From the human T2T-CHM13v2.0 reference genome, Homo sapiens: 64,000 nt of DNA. The notes below the pieces were generated by a model that saw nothing but the letters and a program-made list of their open reading frames with translations, did no database searches and was not told the origin of the DNA. The stretch's first letter is position 1. Every line of letters starts with the position of its first letter. Location of the stretch: the NCBI RefSeq assembly GCF_009914755.1, contig NC_060930.1. One strand, written 5' to 3'. Below, piece after piece: positions 15,832 through 33,083 of the stretch. Position numbers and translations under genes: made by a program.

Positions 15832-16273
15832 TGTCCAGAACTCTGAAGGGTCTGAGGTTTACCCTATTTACAAGCTAATAAGTTAGTTTGTTATAATGTT
15901 ATGAATGCTGCCAGAAGACACAGGCCTCCTAGGTCGGAGACCAAGGACATTCTTACTCATGGTACAACAGGCAGCATGGGCATCAGCATCTTTGCATCAG
16001 TTCTTTGAGTCCTGAGGGCAATACCAAGAGGGTCAGATGACACATGCACATGCAGTGAGTTGCAGTAGAGGACAGGGACCCTGAGTTTAAAGAACTTGAA
16101 TCTTTTATAATGGACTGTAGTCACGCTTGCCCTGTGGTCAGAAAGAGAGATGCCATCTCTACCTTACATGGCTGTTTGCTATATATGCATTTTTGATAAG
16201 ATATTCTGAAAGAAAAGGCAGTTAGTGCCACATGCAGAAGCACAAAAATCCTGTAACAAATTTTCTCTCAACA
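15832..16273 (-). mobile_element. LTR40a/b (ERVL) solo LTR
   Basis: gaagggtctgaggtttaccctatttacaagc..aattttctctcaaca. Confidence 0.8.
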
Positions 16274-17100
16274 AAAAAAATTTTTCTATTTGTCTAGATT
16301 TCTAAAACTATTAAACTAGATGTAATTCCAGAGAATAAGGAGAAATGAAAGAAAGAGAGAAAAAGACAGATATTTAGTGCAAGTGTGTGGAGGTGACAAA
16401 GAAAAGTTCTTCCTGAGATTCTACAATATACTCCTAATTCTGAGCAATTAATCAGATCTTAAAGTTAGCATTATATGTTGTGTGCTATTAATAGGAATTA
16501 GCTTTTATTTTTGACAATTAATTCATGGCCATAATGGTTTTGGAGTATAGCCTATTTAATGTAAACAATTTAGACTGTGTCTTATGTGTTGATCAGAGAC
16601 TGCAGTACTACACTTAAAATTCAAATTAATATGAATATTTGCATGTTTTGCTGAAAAACACATGATAATCTTGCATTTTTGTGAAGTATGCATTGCTGCT
16701 TTCAAAACAATTTCGAAAATTTTTATGAAAGAGAATGTGTATCTTTTGGGGAGAAAAGAGTATGAAAATTTACAAGCATCTTACATGAAATTTTCCTCTA
16801 TGTAACTACTCTGATTTTTGGTATTAAAAATTTGGTTTTGGATGAATATTTAACTTAATATTTTTTATATTAATATGTTTTATGTTTTTTAAAATTACCA
16901 TCAATTTAATTACCATATACAAGCTTATTGTCCCTTTGAAAGAAATGACAATAAACTAAAATCTACCAGTGCTCATCAAAAAAAAAAAAAAAAAAAAGAA
17001 TTTGGTTTTGTTAGGATTGAATCCAGTCAGAAATAGTTGTGTGTTTACAAAGAACACAGGCTAAGGAAGGTTACGGATACTGACTACGTGTCAGACCTAC

Positions 17101-17283
17101 TTGCTTGAAGGAAGAGGAAACCTCTGTAGAAGCTGGGAAAAAACATTTCAAATTTTTGTGGCAGGCTTTACTGAAAGAAAATGGATATCGAGGAAGCATT
17201 TTCAAAGAAAGTACCAGAATCCACACTTTGAAGATTTGTATGCACTTTAAGTACTTGATTAATTTGTTAAGATTTGGGTATTT
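17101..17283 (-). pseudogene. Relic exon: RGS helices 6-9
   Basis: 183 nt, phase 1-1, donor gtaggt; EIPKS*QINQVLKVHTNLQSVDSGTFFENASS..KFEMFFPSFYRGFLF. Confidence 0.55.
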
Positions 17284-18626
17284 CTAAATTTATACAAATG
17301 TGTATAAATTAGATTTCCAATGCTAAAATTTTAAAAGATCTTCATGATAGTACTCACGAAGTCCCTGTAATATGCCAAATGATGGATAAGAGACATGGGT
17401 GAAACAGTTTTTATCTCTGTAGGGGCAATTATTATGAGCTGCAAGACAGAAAAAAATGGTTAAATAAATTTCTTATATCTTCTGCTCCAAATAGTGGAGA
17501 TACAAAGTAGTTTAAAGAGAAGAAGAAAACAAATGAATGCCGGCTTTCTGAAGGGAATTGTTTTTTTTTGATGGTGAACTACTAAATCACACAATCCTAG
17601 TGCATCTTTCCATCATTGACTAAAAGACATTGATATCATTAGTGGCATTGTGGCTAGGGGGACAAAAGATGGGGAAAGAATGGTGAAGTATGTGAAAGAA
17701 CCAGACAGCAAGATCCCCTGTCTTTGCTAACTGCAAAGTATGGTTGTGAGAAAGTGGAAAATGATTATGTTTTTTGAAAATGAAGACACATTATCTATGT
17801 AGCCTAACTGCCATTCCCTTAATGGAATCCCTATTAAAGAGGTAAACGGTGATGAGAGCAAATGTCCTGGCTTGCTCTGTGGTGACAGTAAGAGGGAATT
17901 CTATGGGAAATGGGTGTGTGGGAAAAAGGGCAGCATGCTTCATATCTTCATTTCAGTATAGCCCAGCCTCAGTTGACTAAGACCACCATAGATCTTGACT
18001 ACTGGAAAGACCGGGACAATAGTGTTGGCCCTACTCTTTGATATGTATAATCTCAAAGCTTTCTCCCTTTTTTTTCTTATTCTGTTATCCAGAAAAGGGG
18101 TTAGAATGAAGTTCTCAGTGAAATACTGAGAGGAATATTTGGTGGGAGGAGTAAGAGATTGTCAACAAAACATTTCTATGAAACTTTCTGCTGAGGGGAA
18201 TGCTTTAGCTCTGTTCACTCCCATCATGCTGGTGGGTAAATACCAGATTTTAGGGAAACACCCAGTTGAGGGGGATAACTTCACCCTTATAAGTCCTGAT
18301 CAGTATCAGGATGAGACCAGTGGGAATTGAAATGAGTCACTTAACATTGGCTCAAGTCTTTGGTTTAGGGACAGCTTTCTTGTTTGGGTCTCTACTGTAG
18401 AACTGGAGAGTAACAACTACAGTTACAAGACCAGCATTTGATTATGGGCAATTTGCTTGCCTGCTTCTTTCTGAGTTCTGTGCTAAAAGAAAAATTGGTG
18501 CTCTAGAGGCCAAATAGGCCACCCTATTCAGCAGTAGAAGTTTCTACTGGAATTATATGTAGTACTGAGCACAGTGTCCAGTATCTAATGTAGGAGTCAA
18601 CCCATTCTCTAGAACATGGTAAGTGT

Positions 18627-18888
18627 TCAGTAAATATTTGTTGACTAGATGAATGAATGGGGGTCACTATGGGACCTTATGCTATGGTAAATGCTTGGCC
18701 AAAGGCTTGGAAATTCTTGATCAGAGGTACAATTGGCAACTGTCTAGTCCTAGAAAGCTCAGTAAATATTTGTTGACTGCATGAATGAAAGGGGGTTATT
18801 AGGGGACCTTATGCTATAGTAAATGCTTAGCCAAAGATTTGAAAATTCACAATCAGAGGTACAATTGTCCACTGTCTAATCCTAGAAA
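18627..18888 (+). repeat. Tandem duplication, 2 x 132 bp
   Basis: tcagtaaatatttgttgact..tcagaggtacaattg..cctagaaa starts at 18627 and 18759. Confidence 0.9.
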
Positions 18889-19000
18889 ACCCATAACATA
18901 TCTATGGGCATATCTCTATAAACCTGGTTTTATGACCAATCAGGTAACTCTCAGGGTAACCTAACATAAGATTCCAGGCCAAGTCAGGCTCTAATCCCAC

Positions 19001-19865
19001 TTAACATTTTAATTTGTTTCAGGATGACCCTGACAAATTCTGATTCAGTCTAGGACTCTTTAACCCTCTCCAGACAACATTAGGGAAATTACATTGATTT
19101 TTACCTTTCTCTTTTATCTGCTATTCTTGGGATGTGTTAAATGGACTAAGTCCAGGCTGAGAAAGTGCTGTCCATATTTACTGAGCACTTACTCTATATC
19201 TGGGAATGTAACAGATTTTAAAGAACCAGAAAGACTATTATATGGTTTATTTTTTCAAGAGTTCCCAGTCTGGTGGAGGAGAGGAGCAGGGCAGCAAATA
19301 ATTAACGTTATATGTGTCTCTTTAAAAATTTCCTCAAAGATGCTCAATTCTAGGCATTCTAGCATAAAACCGGACCACTGGACTAATCAATTCCCATTGA
19401 TTAGTATTGACAATGCATTTCCAATATCCAGTGTAGCTCCTGGCATATAGTAGAATCTTAATCAATGATTGTTGAATGAATGAATGAAGGAAGGAATTAT
19501 AAGTGGCAAACTTAGTAGGATAATGCTACAGTAAAGAAATGTAACATATTTGAGGAAAACCAAAGATCAATAATTAGTAAGTATGCAAGATTATAATACA
19601 CAATTCTGTCATAAAATCAAACATGAAATAAATGGCCTCAGCTACCCAAAATAAAAAGTATCATACTCTGTAATGACACAGCCCATATTTTTGTAAAGTA
19701 TCCTGTAACAAATATGTAACTGAAATTAAAGTAACGCACAAGATGTATAACACAAGATGTATTAACATTTTAATTTGTTTCAGGATGACCCTGACAAATT
19801 CTGATTCAGTCCAGGACTCTTTAACCCTCTCCAGACAACATTAGGGAAAGTACATTGATTTTTAC
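19001..19865 (+). repeat. Dispersed direct repeat of 104 bp (19001-19104 and 19762-19865)
   Basis: Only 2 mismatches between the copies. Confidence 0.95.
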
Positions 19866-19896
19866 ATTTATATTTCAAAAAATATATGGTTTTATT

Positions 19897-19990
19897 TGGT
19901 TTTGTTTTTAAGAGATGGGGGATCTGGCTGTGTTGCCTAGGCTGGTCTTGAACTACTGGGCTAAAGCAATCATCATGCCGCTATGCCAGT

Positions 19991-20027
<37 letters not shown>

Positions 20028-20130
20028 ATTGTGTGTATATATTGTGTGTATATATATTTTATATATTATATATACACTATATATACGATACACTATATAT
20101 ATAGTGTATATAAATATACACTATATATAG
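19897..20130 (-). mobile_element. FLAM-like Alu monomer fragment followed by (TG)n and TA-rich microsatellite
   Basis: gttgcctaggctggtcttgaactactgggctaaagcaatc. Confidence 0.75.
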
Positions 20131-20223
20131 ATTTTTTTAGAAAGAAAACTTTAATTTCGTTCTGTTGAGGAATCAAGTTGCTTTCAAATTTATTTGATTT
20201 TTGTAGTATTGACATGTATTTAC

Positions 20224-21606
<1,383 letters not shown>

Positions 21607-21975
21607 CTGTGAAGTTTAAAATAATAAATATGATTTTAAAATCTTAGTAAAAGTAATTACTGTTGTTACATTAATAGCTTCAGTGATCTGGAACTCTATT
21701 AGTGAGGACTACTACTTGGAAGCAGGAGATGATTTTTGGAACGTAAATGCAAAAGGGCTAAAACTGGGTAACATCAAAGGGAGCAGGGGGGCATTTCCTC
21801 GATGTCTCAATTCATGTATTTATTCCCCCGGGCATTCATTAATCTGAGAAGTATTTATCTTGCCTATTCTATGTGTACCAGGTATAGTCCCAAGTATTGG
21901 AGAAATAGCTATAAACAAACAGACAATATTACATTCTTTTTTTTTTTTTTTGGTCACAAGTAAACCAAAGATACA

Positions 21976-24344
21976 TAGGCATACCTCATTTTATTGCACT
22001 CTACTTTATTGAGCTTTGCAGATGTCGTATTTTTTTTTTTTTTTTAACAAATTGAAGGTTTGTGTCAACCCTGCATCAAGCCAATCTATTGGTGCCATTT
22101 TCCCAACAGCACATGCACATTTTGTGTCTCTGTATCACATTTTAGTAATTCTCACATTTCAAACTTTTTCATTACTATTTTATCTGTTATGGTGATCTGC
22201 GATTAGTGATCTCTGACGTTACTATTATAATTGTTTGGGGGTGACAGAATTGTGCCAACATAAGAAGGTGAACTTCATTGATAAATGCTATGTGTGTTCT
22301 GACTGCTCACCAACCAGCCGTCCCTTCATCTTTCTCCTTCTCCCTGGGCTCCCTATTCCCTGAGACACAATAATATTAAATTAGGCCAACTAATAACCCT
22401 ACAATGGCCTCTAAGTGTTCAAGTGAAAAGAAGAGCTGTACATCTCTCACTTTCAATCAAAAGCTGGAAATACGCTTAGTGAGGAAGGCATATTAAAAGC
22501 CAAAATAGGCTGAAAGATATGGTTTGTGTGCCAAATAACCAAATTGTGAATGAAAGGAAAAGTTATTGAAGGAAATTAAAAGTGTTACTCCAGGGAACAC
22601 AAGAATAATAAGAAAGTGAAACAGCCTTATTGCTGATATAGAGAAAGCTTTGATAATCTAAATAGAAGATCAAACCAGCCACAACATTCTCTTAAACCAA
22701 AGCCTAATCCATAGCAGGCTCTATCTCTCTTCAATTCTATTAAGGCTAAGAGAGGCAAGGAAGCTTCAGAAGAAAGGTTTGAAGCTAGCAGAGGTTGGTT
22801 CATGAGGTTTAAGGAAAGAAGCTATCTCCAGGACATAAAAGTGCAAGGTGAAACAGCAAGTGCTGATGGAGAAGTTGCAGGAAGTATCCAGAAGATTTAT
22901 CTAAGATCATTGATGAAGGTGGCTACAGTAAACGACAGATTTTCAATGAAGGTGAAACAGCTTCCTACTGGAAGAAGGTGCCATCTAGGACTTTCATAGC
23001 TATAGAGGAGAAGTAAATGCCTGGATTCAAAGCTTTATAAGACAGGCTGTCTCTCTTCTTAGGGGCTAATGCAGCTGGTAACTTAAAGTTGATGCCAGTT
23101 CTCATTTGCCATTCTGAAAATCCTAGGGCCCCTAAGAATTGTGCTAAATTGACACTCTTTGTGCTCCAGAAATGGAACAGCAAAGCCTTAATGACAGCAC
23201 ATCTATTTACAATATGATTTACTAAAATTTTTAAGCTTGTTCTTGAGACCCACTACTCAGAAAACAAGATACCTTTCAAAATATTACTGCTCATTGAAAA
23301 TGAACCTGGTCACCCAAGCACCCTGATGGAGATGTGTAAGGAAATTACTGTTGTTTTTATGCCTGCTAACACAACATCCATTCTGCAGCCCAGGAATCAA
23401 GAAGAATTTTGACTTTCAAGTATTATTATTTAACAAGTACATTTCATTAGGCTATAGTTGCCATAGATACTGACTTCTCTGATGGATCTGGGCAAAGTAA
23501 ACTGAAAACATTCTGGAAAGGATTCACCATTCTAAATGCCAGTAAGAGCATTCGTGATTCACAGGAGGAGGTAAAAATGTCAACATTAAGAAGGATTTGG
23601 AAGAAGTTGATTGAATGATTTTGAGGAGTTCAAGGCTTTATTAGAGGAAGTAACTGTAGATATGTTAGAAATATCAAGAGAACCAGAAATAGAGCCTGAA
23701 GATGTGACTGAATTGCTACAATCTCATGAAAAAACTTGAGTGTGTGAGGAGTTGCTTCTATGGATGAGCAAAGAAAGTGGTTTCTTGAGATGGAATCTAC
23801 TCCTGGTGAAGACACTGTGAACATTGTTGAAATGACAACAACAACAAAATATTTAAAATATTACATAGACTTATTTGGTAAAGCAGTGGCAGAGTTGGAG
23901 AGGATTCATTCCAATAGTTGAAAAGTGTTCTGTGTGTAAAACGGTATCAAACATCATTACATGCTACAGAGAAACTTTTTATGAATCAATCGGCACAGCA
24001 AAATTCACATTTTGTTTTTTAAAGAAATCGCCACAGCCACTCAATCTTCAGCAACCACCACCCTGATCAGTTAACAGCCATTGAGACTGAGGCAAGACCC
24101 TCTACCAGCAAAAAGATGATGACTCACTGAAGGCTCAGGTGATCGTTAGTATTTTTGAGCAATATTTTAAATTAAGTTATGTACACAGTTTTTGTTTTTT
24201 AGACATTATACAATTGCTCGCTTAATAGACTACAGTATAGAGTAAACATAATTTTGTATACACTGAAAAACCAAAAAAATGTGTCTGACTTGCTTTATTG
24301 CAGTGGTCTGGAACCCAACCTGCAATATCTCTGAGGTATGCCTG
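21976..24344 (+). mobile_element. Tigger1, full length, transposase decayed
   Basis: TIRs taggcatacctc / gaggtatgcctg-TA; transposase remnants ([21 protein letters not shown]). Confidence 0.95.
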
Positions 24345-24429
24345 TATATACACATATTCATATAGTGAATCATTCTGTGAAGACAAAGTAAGCTCTTAAA
24401 GTAGATAGGGAGTGATGGGGGAGGTCAAG

Positions 24430-25050
24430 TCTGACAGGGTATTTCAGGATTTGCTGATGGTTAAGAATTCCAGAGAGAAGGAAGGAGAGCAGTTACAGAA
24501 GACAGGAAGACACTGGGAAAATGGGGAACCCTCTTTACGAGTTGGGGAAGACTGGGAGAGGAGAACAATTGCTGGGGGTAGGGGGAGTGTTGGGAAATCA
24601 AAAGTTCGTATTGAGTATGTTAAGTTGAAAATGACTATTAAATATTCAAATGGAGTTGTTGGGTTGGCAGCTGGATAGCAAGCCTGGAGCTCTGGAAAAA
24701 GTCAGGGTTTCATATATAAATTTGGGAGCCCCAAATGTATTAATAGTATTTGAAACCGCAGAACTGCATAAGATAACATAGAGAGTGAGAGGTATGAGTA
24801 TAAATCAAGAATAAGGCTGAGGATTGAGTTCAGGGACATTCTGACATTTAAAGGTCAAGTGGAGAAGGGGCAAGTAGAAATAGAAACGGGAAGTTGTGGC
24901 CTGTTTGGTGGGAAGAGAACTGAGAATGTGTGGTGTTCCACAAGCCAAGAACTCAAAGCAAAAAAAGAGAATAGTGAGCAATCAGCTATGATGACTGCTG
25001 CTGGGAGTAAGATGAGTCCTGAGAAAGGACTTCCATTTATCTAAATGGAA
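24430..25050 (-). mobile_element. L2 fragment
   Basis: ttgagtatgttaagttgaaaatgacta..ggcagctggatagcaagcctggagctc. Confidence 0.7.
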
Positions 25051-25373
25051 GATGAAATAATTCAGGAAGAAAGAACACATGATAAAGAGTGAGTGAGAGA
25101 AATATTAGTATAGTAACTGGCTATTAAATTCCTCCAGATATCTGATGCAACTTCCCTTAGCAACATTATCTATCATGATTTAAAACTTGAGAATTTACCT
25201 CAGTGAATTCCAAAGGGAACTTTGTTTTGGGACACAAGAGGCAGTTTATATCCAAAGTCACCAGGGACTGTAGTTCAATGCCATTTGATATAATGTAAAT
25301 CCTTGCTTCCCACCTGCCCTACAGCAGGCAGGTGTGTATTATTTTTATTGTAATATGGGTCAGTATGTGGTAG

Positions 25374-25492
25374 AGCTGTCTACTTCTCCCCATATCCACT
25401 TCCAACAGCCCCCTTCAAGCTGTCTATTTCTCCCCATATCCACTTCCAACAGCCCCCTTCAAGCTGTCTACTTCTCCCCATATCCACTTCCA
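25374..25492 (+). repeat. 44-bp minisatellite x2.7 inside an L2 fragment
   Basis: agctgtctacttctccccatatccacttccaacagcccccttca at 25374, 25418 and 25462. Confidence 0.92.
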
Positions 25493-25538
25493 GCACCCCC
25501 CAGGTGTCATCTTTTACCTGGACCACTGCAATTACTCC

Positions 25539-26000
25539 TGTGCTAGTTCGTTGGAGAAGCAACCACCAAGACAAGATTCATTGTGAAAGAGATTTACTGG
25601 GGGAAATGCCTGTGAGGGATAAAGGAGAAGGGCAAAGGACTAGACAGAAGACTATTCAGGCTTTGGTGTGGGTCTGACACCTGTGCAAAAGGAGGGAGGG
25701 CAGAAAACTCTGACCATGGAGTTGTTCTAAGAAAGTTTTACCATGACTGTGGGAAGTCCTTAGACAAAGCTGTCCATCAGAGGAGTCCCACATCCCATAG
25801 GAATGAAGGCCGGCACTGGTACCACTAGTGCCTAGGCATTAGCAGGAATTGACCAAGGGCTGGTGGGAGGGGTGGAGGTCGGTGGGTTGGGCTTTGACTT
25901 CAGCTCAGTTGTGGTGATGGGGCCATAGTGGAGATGACTGGTGCTGTCAGTCAACTAAGTTTCCCATAGCCAATTATCTTAAAGAAGATTTGAGCTTCAT
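25539..26000 (-). mobile_element. LTR16-family ERVL LTR
   Basis: gagatttactgggggaaatgcctgtg..ggtctgacacctgtg. Confidence 0.75.
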
Positions 26001-26049
26001 ATGATTGAAATCATGAAAACTTAGAAACTTACAGAAGGAAACCCACAGA

Positions 26050-26320
26050 GCTGAAACTCCAACCTTTGAGGAGGCGTTGGTATTTCTCAGCAGGGATCCC
26101 GAAGCTGGTTTTGAAAGTGCTGGAAAGCTTGCAAACTAGATTCATACAGTTGAAGGAAGGACTTGCTGCTGCCAGGGGCAAGAAGTATTGCTTCACAGGA
26201 ATTGCAACAGACAGGAAGTCCTCAGGAAACACAGGGGAAAGAGCCAATCTCTTTTTCCTTCTTCAGTATGGAAGTCTCCATGCAGAGTCCCCTGTTTGAG
26301 AAGCCTAACAAGGAAGGATT
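26050..26320 (-). pseudogene. Relic RGS domain (parts of track ORFs 26193..26453 and 26029..26247)
   Basis: FLVRLLKQGTLHGDF..EEGKRDWLF / PEDFLSVAIPVKQYFLPLAAASP...SFGIPAEKYQRLLKGW. Confidence 0.55.
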
Positions 26321-26589
26321 CAGTAAAGCACGAATGTAGTTTGTAGAGTCCCAAATGCAGTGTGATAGGCAGAGTAAAGAAATGTGGGTTTGGGGCTGAG
26401 GGACAATAATATAACACCTTAATAACTGGCACGACATGTGATCTGCTTTCCATTTTTTGTAGTCGGGCGACTCCTGTGTTTTGCTTGTTTTTATGGTGGA
26501 TTTATAGATATCTCTGGACCCTTGTAATATGAATAGCCTTGGGTCATCTCTCCAGATGGAGGCAGAATGCAATAAGATAGCATATCGGG

Positions 26590-26804
<215 letters not shown>

Positions 26805-27224
26805 TTAGCACATTGGGGATGTTTTTGTGCTAGAGACTATTCTGTTTGTTTCTAGTTCCCTCGGAGTTGGGACCAGGCTGCCTTCTTGGAGACAAATGCC
26901 CCCTCTCTTTCCTCTGGATCTTTATTTCTGTTATTGAGTTCTGTTACTTGAGGCCTTACCTCCCTCAGCTTCAGGATCCTTCTGTCTAGGAAGGATTTAG
27001 CTTCTTCTTTACCGAGGGGTCTCCCTTAGCTTTCTGGTCACTTCAAGGCTTTCCAGTTTACTCCCAAGAAAACACACAATCCTTACTTTCTCCCCAAGGC
27101 ACTGCACATAGTAGATGTTCATTAGATGTCGCTTGAACTGATGGAATTGGCGCAACAGCCCTGGCCCGTGAGGGATATGTGTGCAGAAGGGTTATTTACT
27201 GCAAGCATCCTCAAATCCCTTGAA

Positions 27225-27555
27225 GGTCTTTCTCTTAAAGGATCAGATAATAAATACTTTAGATTTTGCAGACCAACAGGCAAAATAGAGAATATAATAC
27301 TTTCATTAGGGTTGCTAAATCAAACATTGAATAATATAAGTATGTCCCATACAATGTTTGGGACATAATTATACTTAAAAATTGTTATCTGAAACTCAAG
27401 TTTAACATGGCATCTTGTATTTTTATTAAGCAAATCTAACTTATATAATCATTTAACATGTAATCATTTAAAACTGTGACACCCATTCTTAGCTCTCAGG
27501 CTGTAAAAAACAGCTGCCCGGTTGTGGTTTAGGGGTATAGTTTGCTGACATCTGA
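27225..27555 (+). mobile_element. MER58C with nested MER53 (27307-27440)
   Basis: aaaggatcagataataaatactttag..ccattcttagctc..tagtttgctgac; inner tagggttgc..aagtatgtccca..tgggacata palindrome. Confidence 0.75.
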
Positions 27556-27560
27556 CTTAC

Positions 27561-28085
27561 TGCATTATTCAGAGTCTGGTTTCAGGAAGCAGAAGCCACT
27601 GGCAGAAAGGGATGTAATACAGGGATTTAAATATTTACAAAATGTCTGGAATAGCTGGAGAAATAGGCTTTACACTAGACCACCAGGAATGAGCCCCAGA
27701 TCAACATGCTAGAAGTGGCCTGCCAAGGAGACTACTTATTCCAGTCAGTTTTCAGTATTTTCTGCCTCTGGGAGGCCTGCTGGCTCCAGGAACATACCAT
27801 CTTACATCTGATGGGTCAATTGGAAGCCACTCCCAGAACTATTGATTTCAGAGCCACATAGCAGCTGCTAATCAGCACTGGCTTATTACATTTCAAGTGC
27901 TTCTACCTCTCTCTCCATTTACTTCAATTATAAGTCTCATGCACAGGCATCTGATTGGCAAGCATACCCAGAACAGTAGCTGCAAGGGATCTGAGAAATA
28001 AAGCTTTTAGCTTTCCAGTTTCTGCTGAATGTGGAAAGCTGATTAGGAGAAGAGCAGCTTCCATGTGGAACAAACACTTTACCAC
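27561..28085 (-). mobile_element. Old MaLR LTR (MLT1M/N/O-like)
   Basis: caggaagcagaagccact..taatacagggattt..gcaagggatctgagaaat. Confidence 0.55.
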
Positions 28086-28499
28086 GTCTGCTACCTTCCT
28101 CCTTCCTAGCCTTCTCTTCGCGCTTTCACTACCTGGGCTTGCACTGCACAGAGGATGCTCACTTGTGTCTCTGAAAATAGAGGTCAGGTCTGCAGTGCTA
28201 TACCAATGAACATAAATATTCTACTCTCTATTCTGAATCCTCATCATTCCTCTTCCTTTTATTTTTGTTAGGAAGCAGACAGGGCTTTTGTTCGTTATGG
28301 TTTTGTTTACAGCAGTTGGTAATTCACTAAATCTTGTGATTTTTTACTTCATTATCCACTCTCTCATTTAAAAATTGAACATATTCTTTCTCAATCCAAT
28401 GGAAATAGAGCATAGAGACAGGACACTAGACCCAAAGCTGAATTCAATCAAAACCATTTAAATGAAAAATTCAAATGAAACATAAGATTATTATGCATG

Positions 28500-28612
28500 A
28501 TTTGTACTTGACATGGTTGGTTCGTTAATGACAACCATTCATCAAGACTTTGGAGGAATTTGGACTAAGTTTAAAATTACTCCCTTTCTCAAAAGATCTT
28601 GTTACATGCATT
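28500..28612 (-). pseudogene. Possible relic RGS helix 5-6
   Basis: MHVTRSFEKGSN / LNLVQIPPKS**MV across a frameshift. Confidence 0.3.
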
Positions 28613-28639
28613 CACTGAATCTTCTTTTTGTTCTTTTTC

Positions 28640-29710
28640 AGAGGCAAGTTGTTTATCTTCTTTCCAGGATGAATCCTTCATCTTCTGATCTTATGCTTTG
28701 CATTCAGTTTTTTCCCAATTTCTTCATGCCTTACTTCAGCAATTATTCCCTTTCTTTTCAGTACATTTATCCTTTCCCTCTCTGCTGGTATCTTCCTCTC
28801 CCCTGCAAACATACTCAGTTCTCCCTGAGTTTGTATACATCTTCTGATTCTGCACCTCTTGAATTATTACCCATTCATCTCATTTTATTCGGGAAAGTTC
28901 TCAAAAGAGTAGTTTACATTTACTGCCTCTACTTCCTACCTTTCCCTTGTCCTTCTGCAATCTTGCTTCTGTTCCCAACAGACAGTTGAAAACACTCCCT
29001 TCCAAAGCACGGTTTGATCTCTTAATAGACAACCAGTGACCCTTTCTAAGATTTCCTCGTTCATCTTTTTCAAACATTTCAAGCTGTTAATACTCCTATA
29101 CCTATTTTTAATGTCTCTTTCTTTGACCTTCATGATGCAACATTGTCTTATTTCCCCTTAACATATAACTGTGACTATTTTTGATTCCTTTCCCTTTTGT
29201 CAACTTTGTGAAGTTGTTCTGTTCCTTTTCTCTCATTTTATCTTCATACTTCCATTTTCTAATGACCACGTCATTTCCTGCAAACATGCTTTATCCTCTC
29301 TATTCACAGAAAAGAAAAATCCTTCTCTTGAACCTGATTTCGTTGCAAGTTTCAATCCTACTCCTCACATTGTTTAGACTTCCAAAATTCTTGAAAGTGT
29401 ATTATATCTATACTGTCTTCAGTATCTCAGTACTTATTCTATTGTCTGTATAATTTTTATAACTTTTCTTCTCTAGCTTTTGAAATTCTCTCCTTCCTTG
29501 GACCCCATGATTTGCCATATGCTGGTCATTTTATTATCTTCTGATGGCTCCTTTTGTGTCACCATTGTTCCATTTCCCCTTCCTACTCCTAAAAGTGGAT
29601 TATCTTCTAAAGCTATATGATTCTTTTAGTGCCATTCTATTATCATGACTTCTTCCTCAATTCCCACTTCTAATCAGTTGGTAGATTCTGTAAACTCTTC
29701 AGGATATTTC
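28640..29710 (+). mobile_element. Degraded L2 sequence (continues after the L1 to ~32620)
   Basis: Pyrimidine-rich L2 ORF2-type motifs (tactgcctctacttcct, ccttcatgatgcaacattgtc). Confidence 0.55.
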
Positions 29711-29711
29711 T

Positions 29712-32494
<2,783 letters not shown>

Positions 32495-32850
32495 TTCATG
32501 ATATTTTTTGTATTTGTATTTTCCTATTGCCAATGTCCCATGCCTCCTCCACATTTACTCTTGCTTGGTCATGTCAATGGTTTTCTATTTCATCTCTTTA
32601 TGTGTGCTGTCTGAGCATTCAAAGACACTTATAAGGTTACACACCTATACCAACTGCTTGCCTCTAAGGCACAAAAGATATAGAAAATGCTAAATGAATT
32701 AAGACTCTGAAACATAAGGGTGGTTTAGGAAGGTGTGTTCTCTTGGTTGTCTTTGATGTCGTTCTCTGAAGTCCCTTTGCCCAACTTGGGTGCCCTGCTA
32801 GTGGGCCCATGTGTTTGACATCATGCTCTTGGTCTGTCATCCACTTATAC

Positions 32851-33083
32851 CTGTTCTCTCCAGTCTTTGTTTTTGTATGCAGCTACTTATAACTCTCACA
32901 AGTGACAGTATAAGAGGAAACAGTTGAACTGTAGATGCACACAAATATATTTGCTTTACTCATGGTATAGATTGAAAAGATGTTCATCTCTCTTCAGGAT
33001 GCTCTTTATAAATTAGTATTTGGGCATCTGCTTTTATATGTATACACTATCTTCACATCCATCCACCTGAGTTCTACACTCAG
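32851..33083 (-). pseudogene. Relic exon: first half of an RGS domain
   Basis: Acceptor tttccatctttcag, donor CAG|gtataa, phase 1->0; FIKSILKRDEHLFNLYHE*SKYICVHLQF. Confidence 0.5.

Noticed and set aside
25374-25492. CRISPR-like array
   Set aside because: Head-to-tail repeats with no spacers, in eukaryotic DNA.
28513-29453. Hydrophobic ORFs resembling membrane proteins
   Set aside because: Products of pyrimidine-rich degraded L2 sequence.
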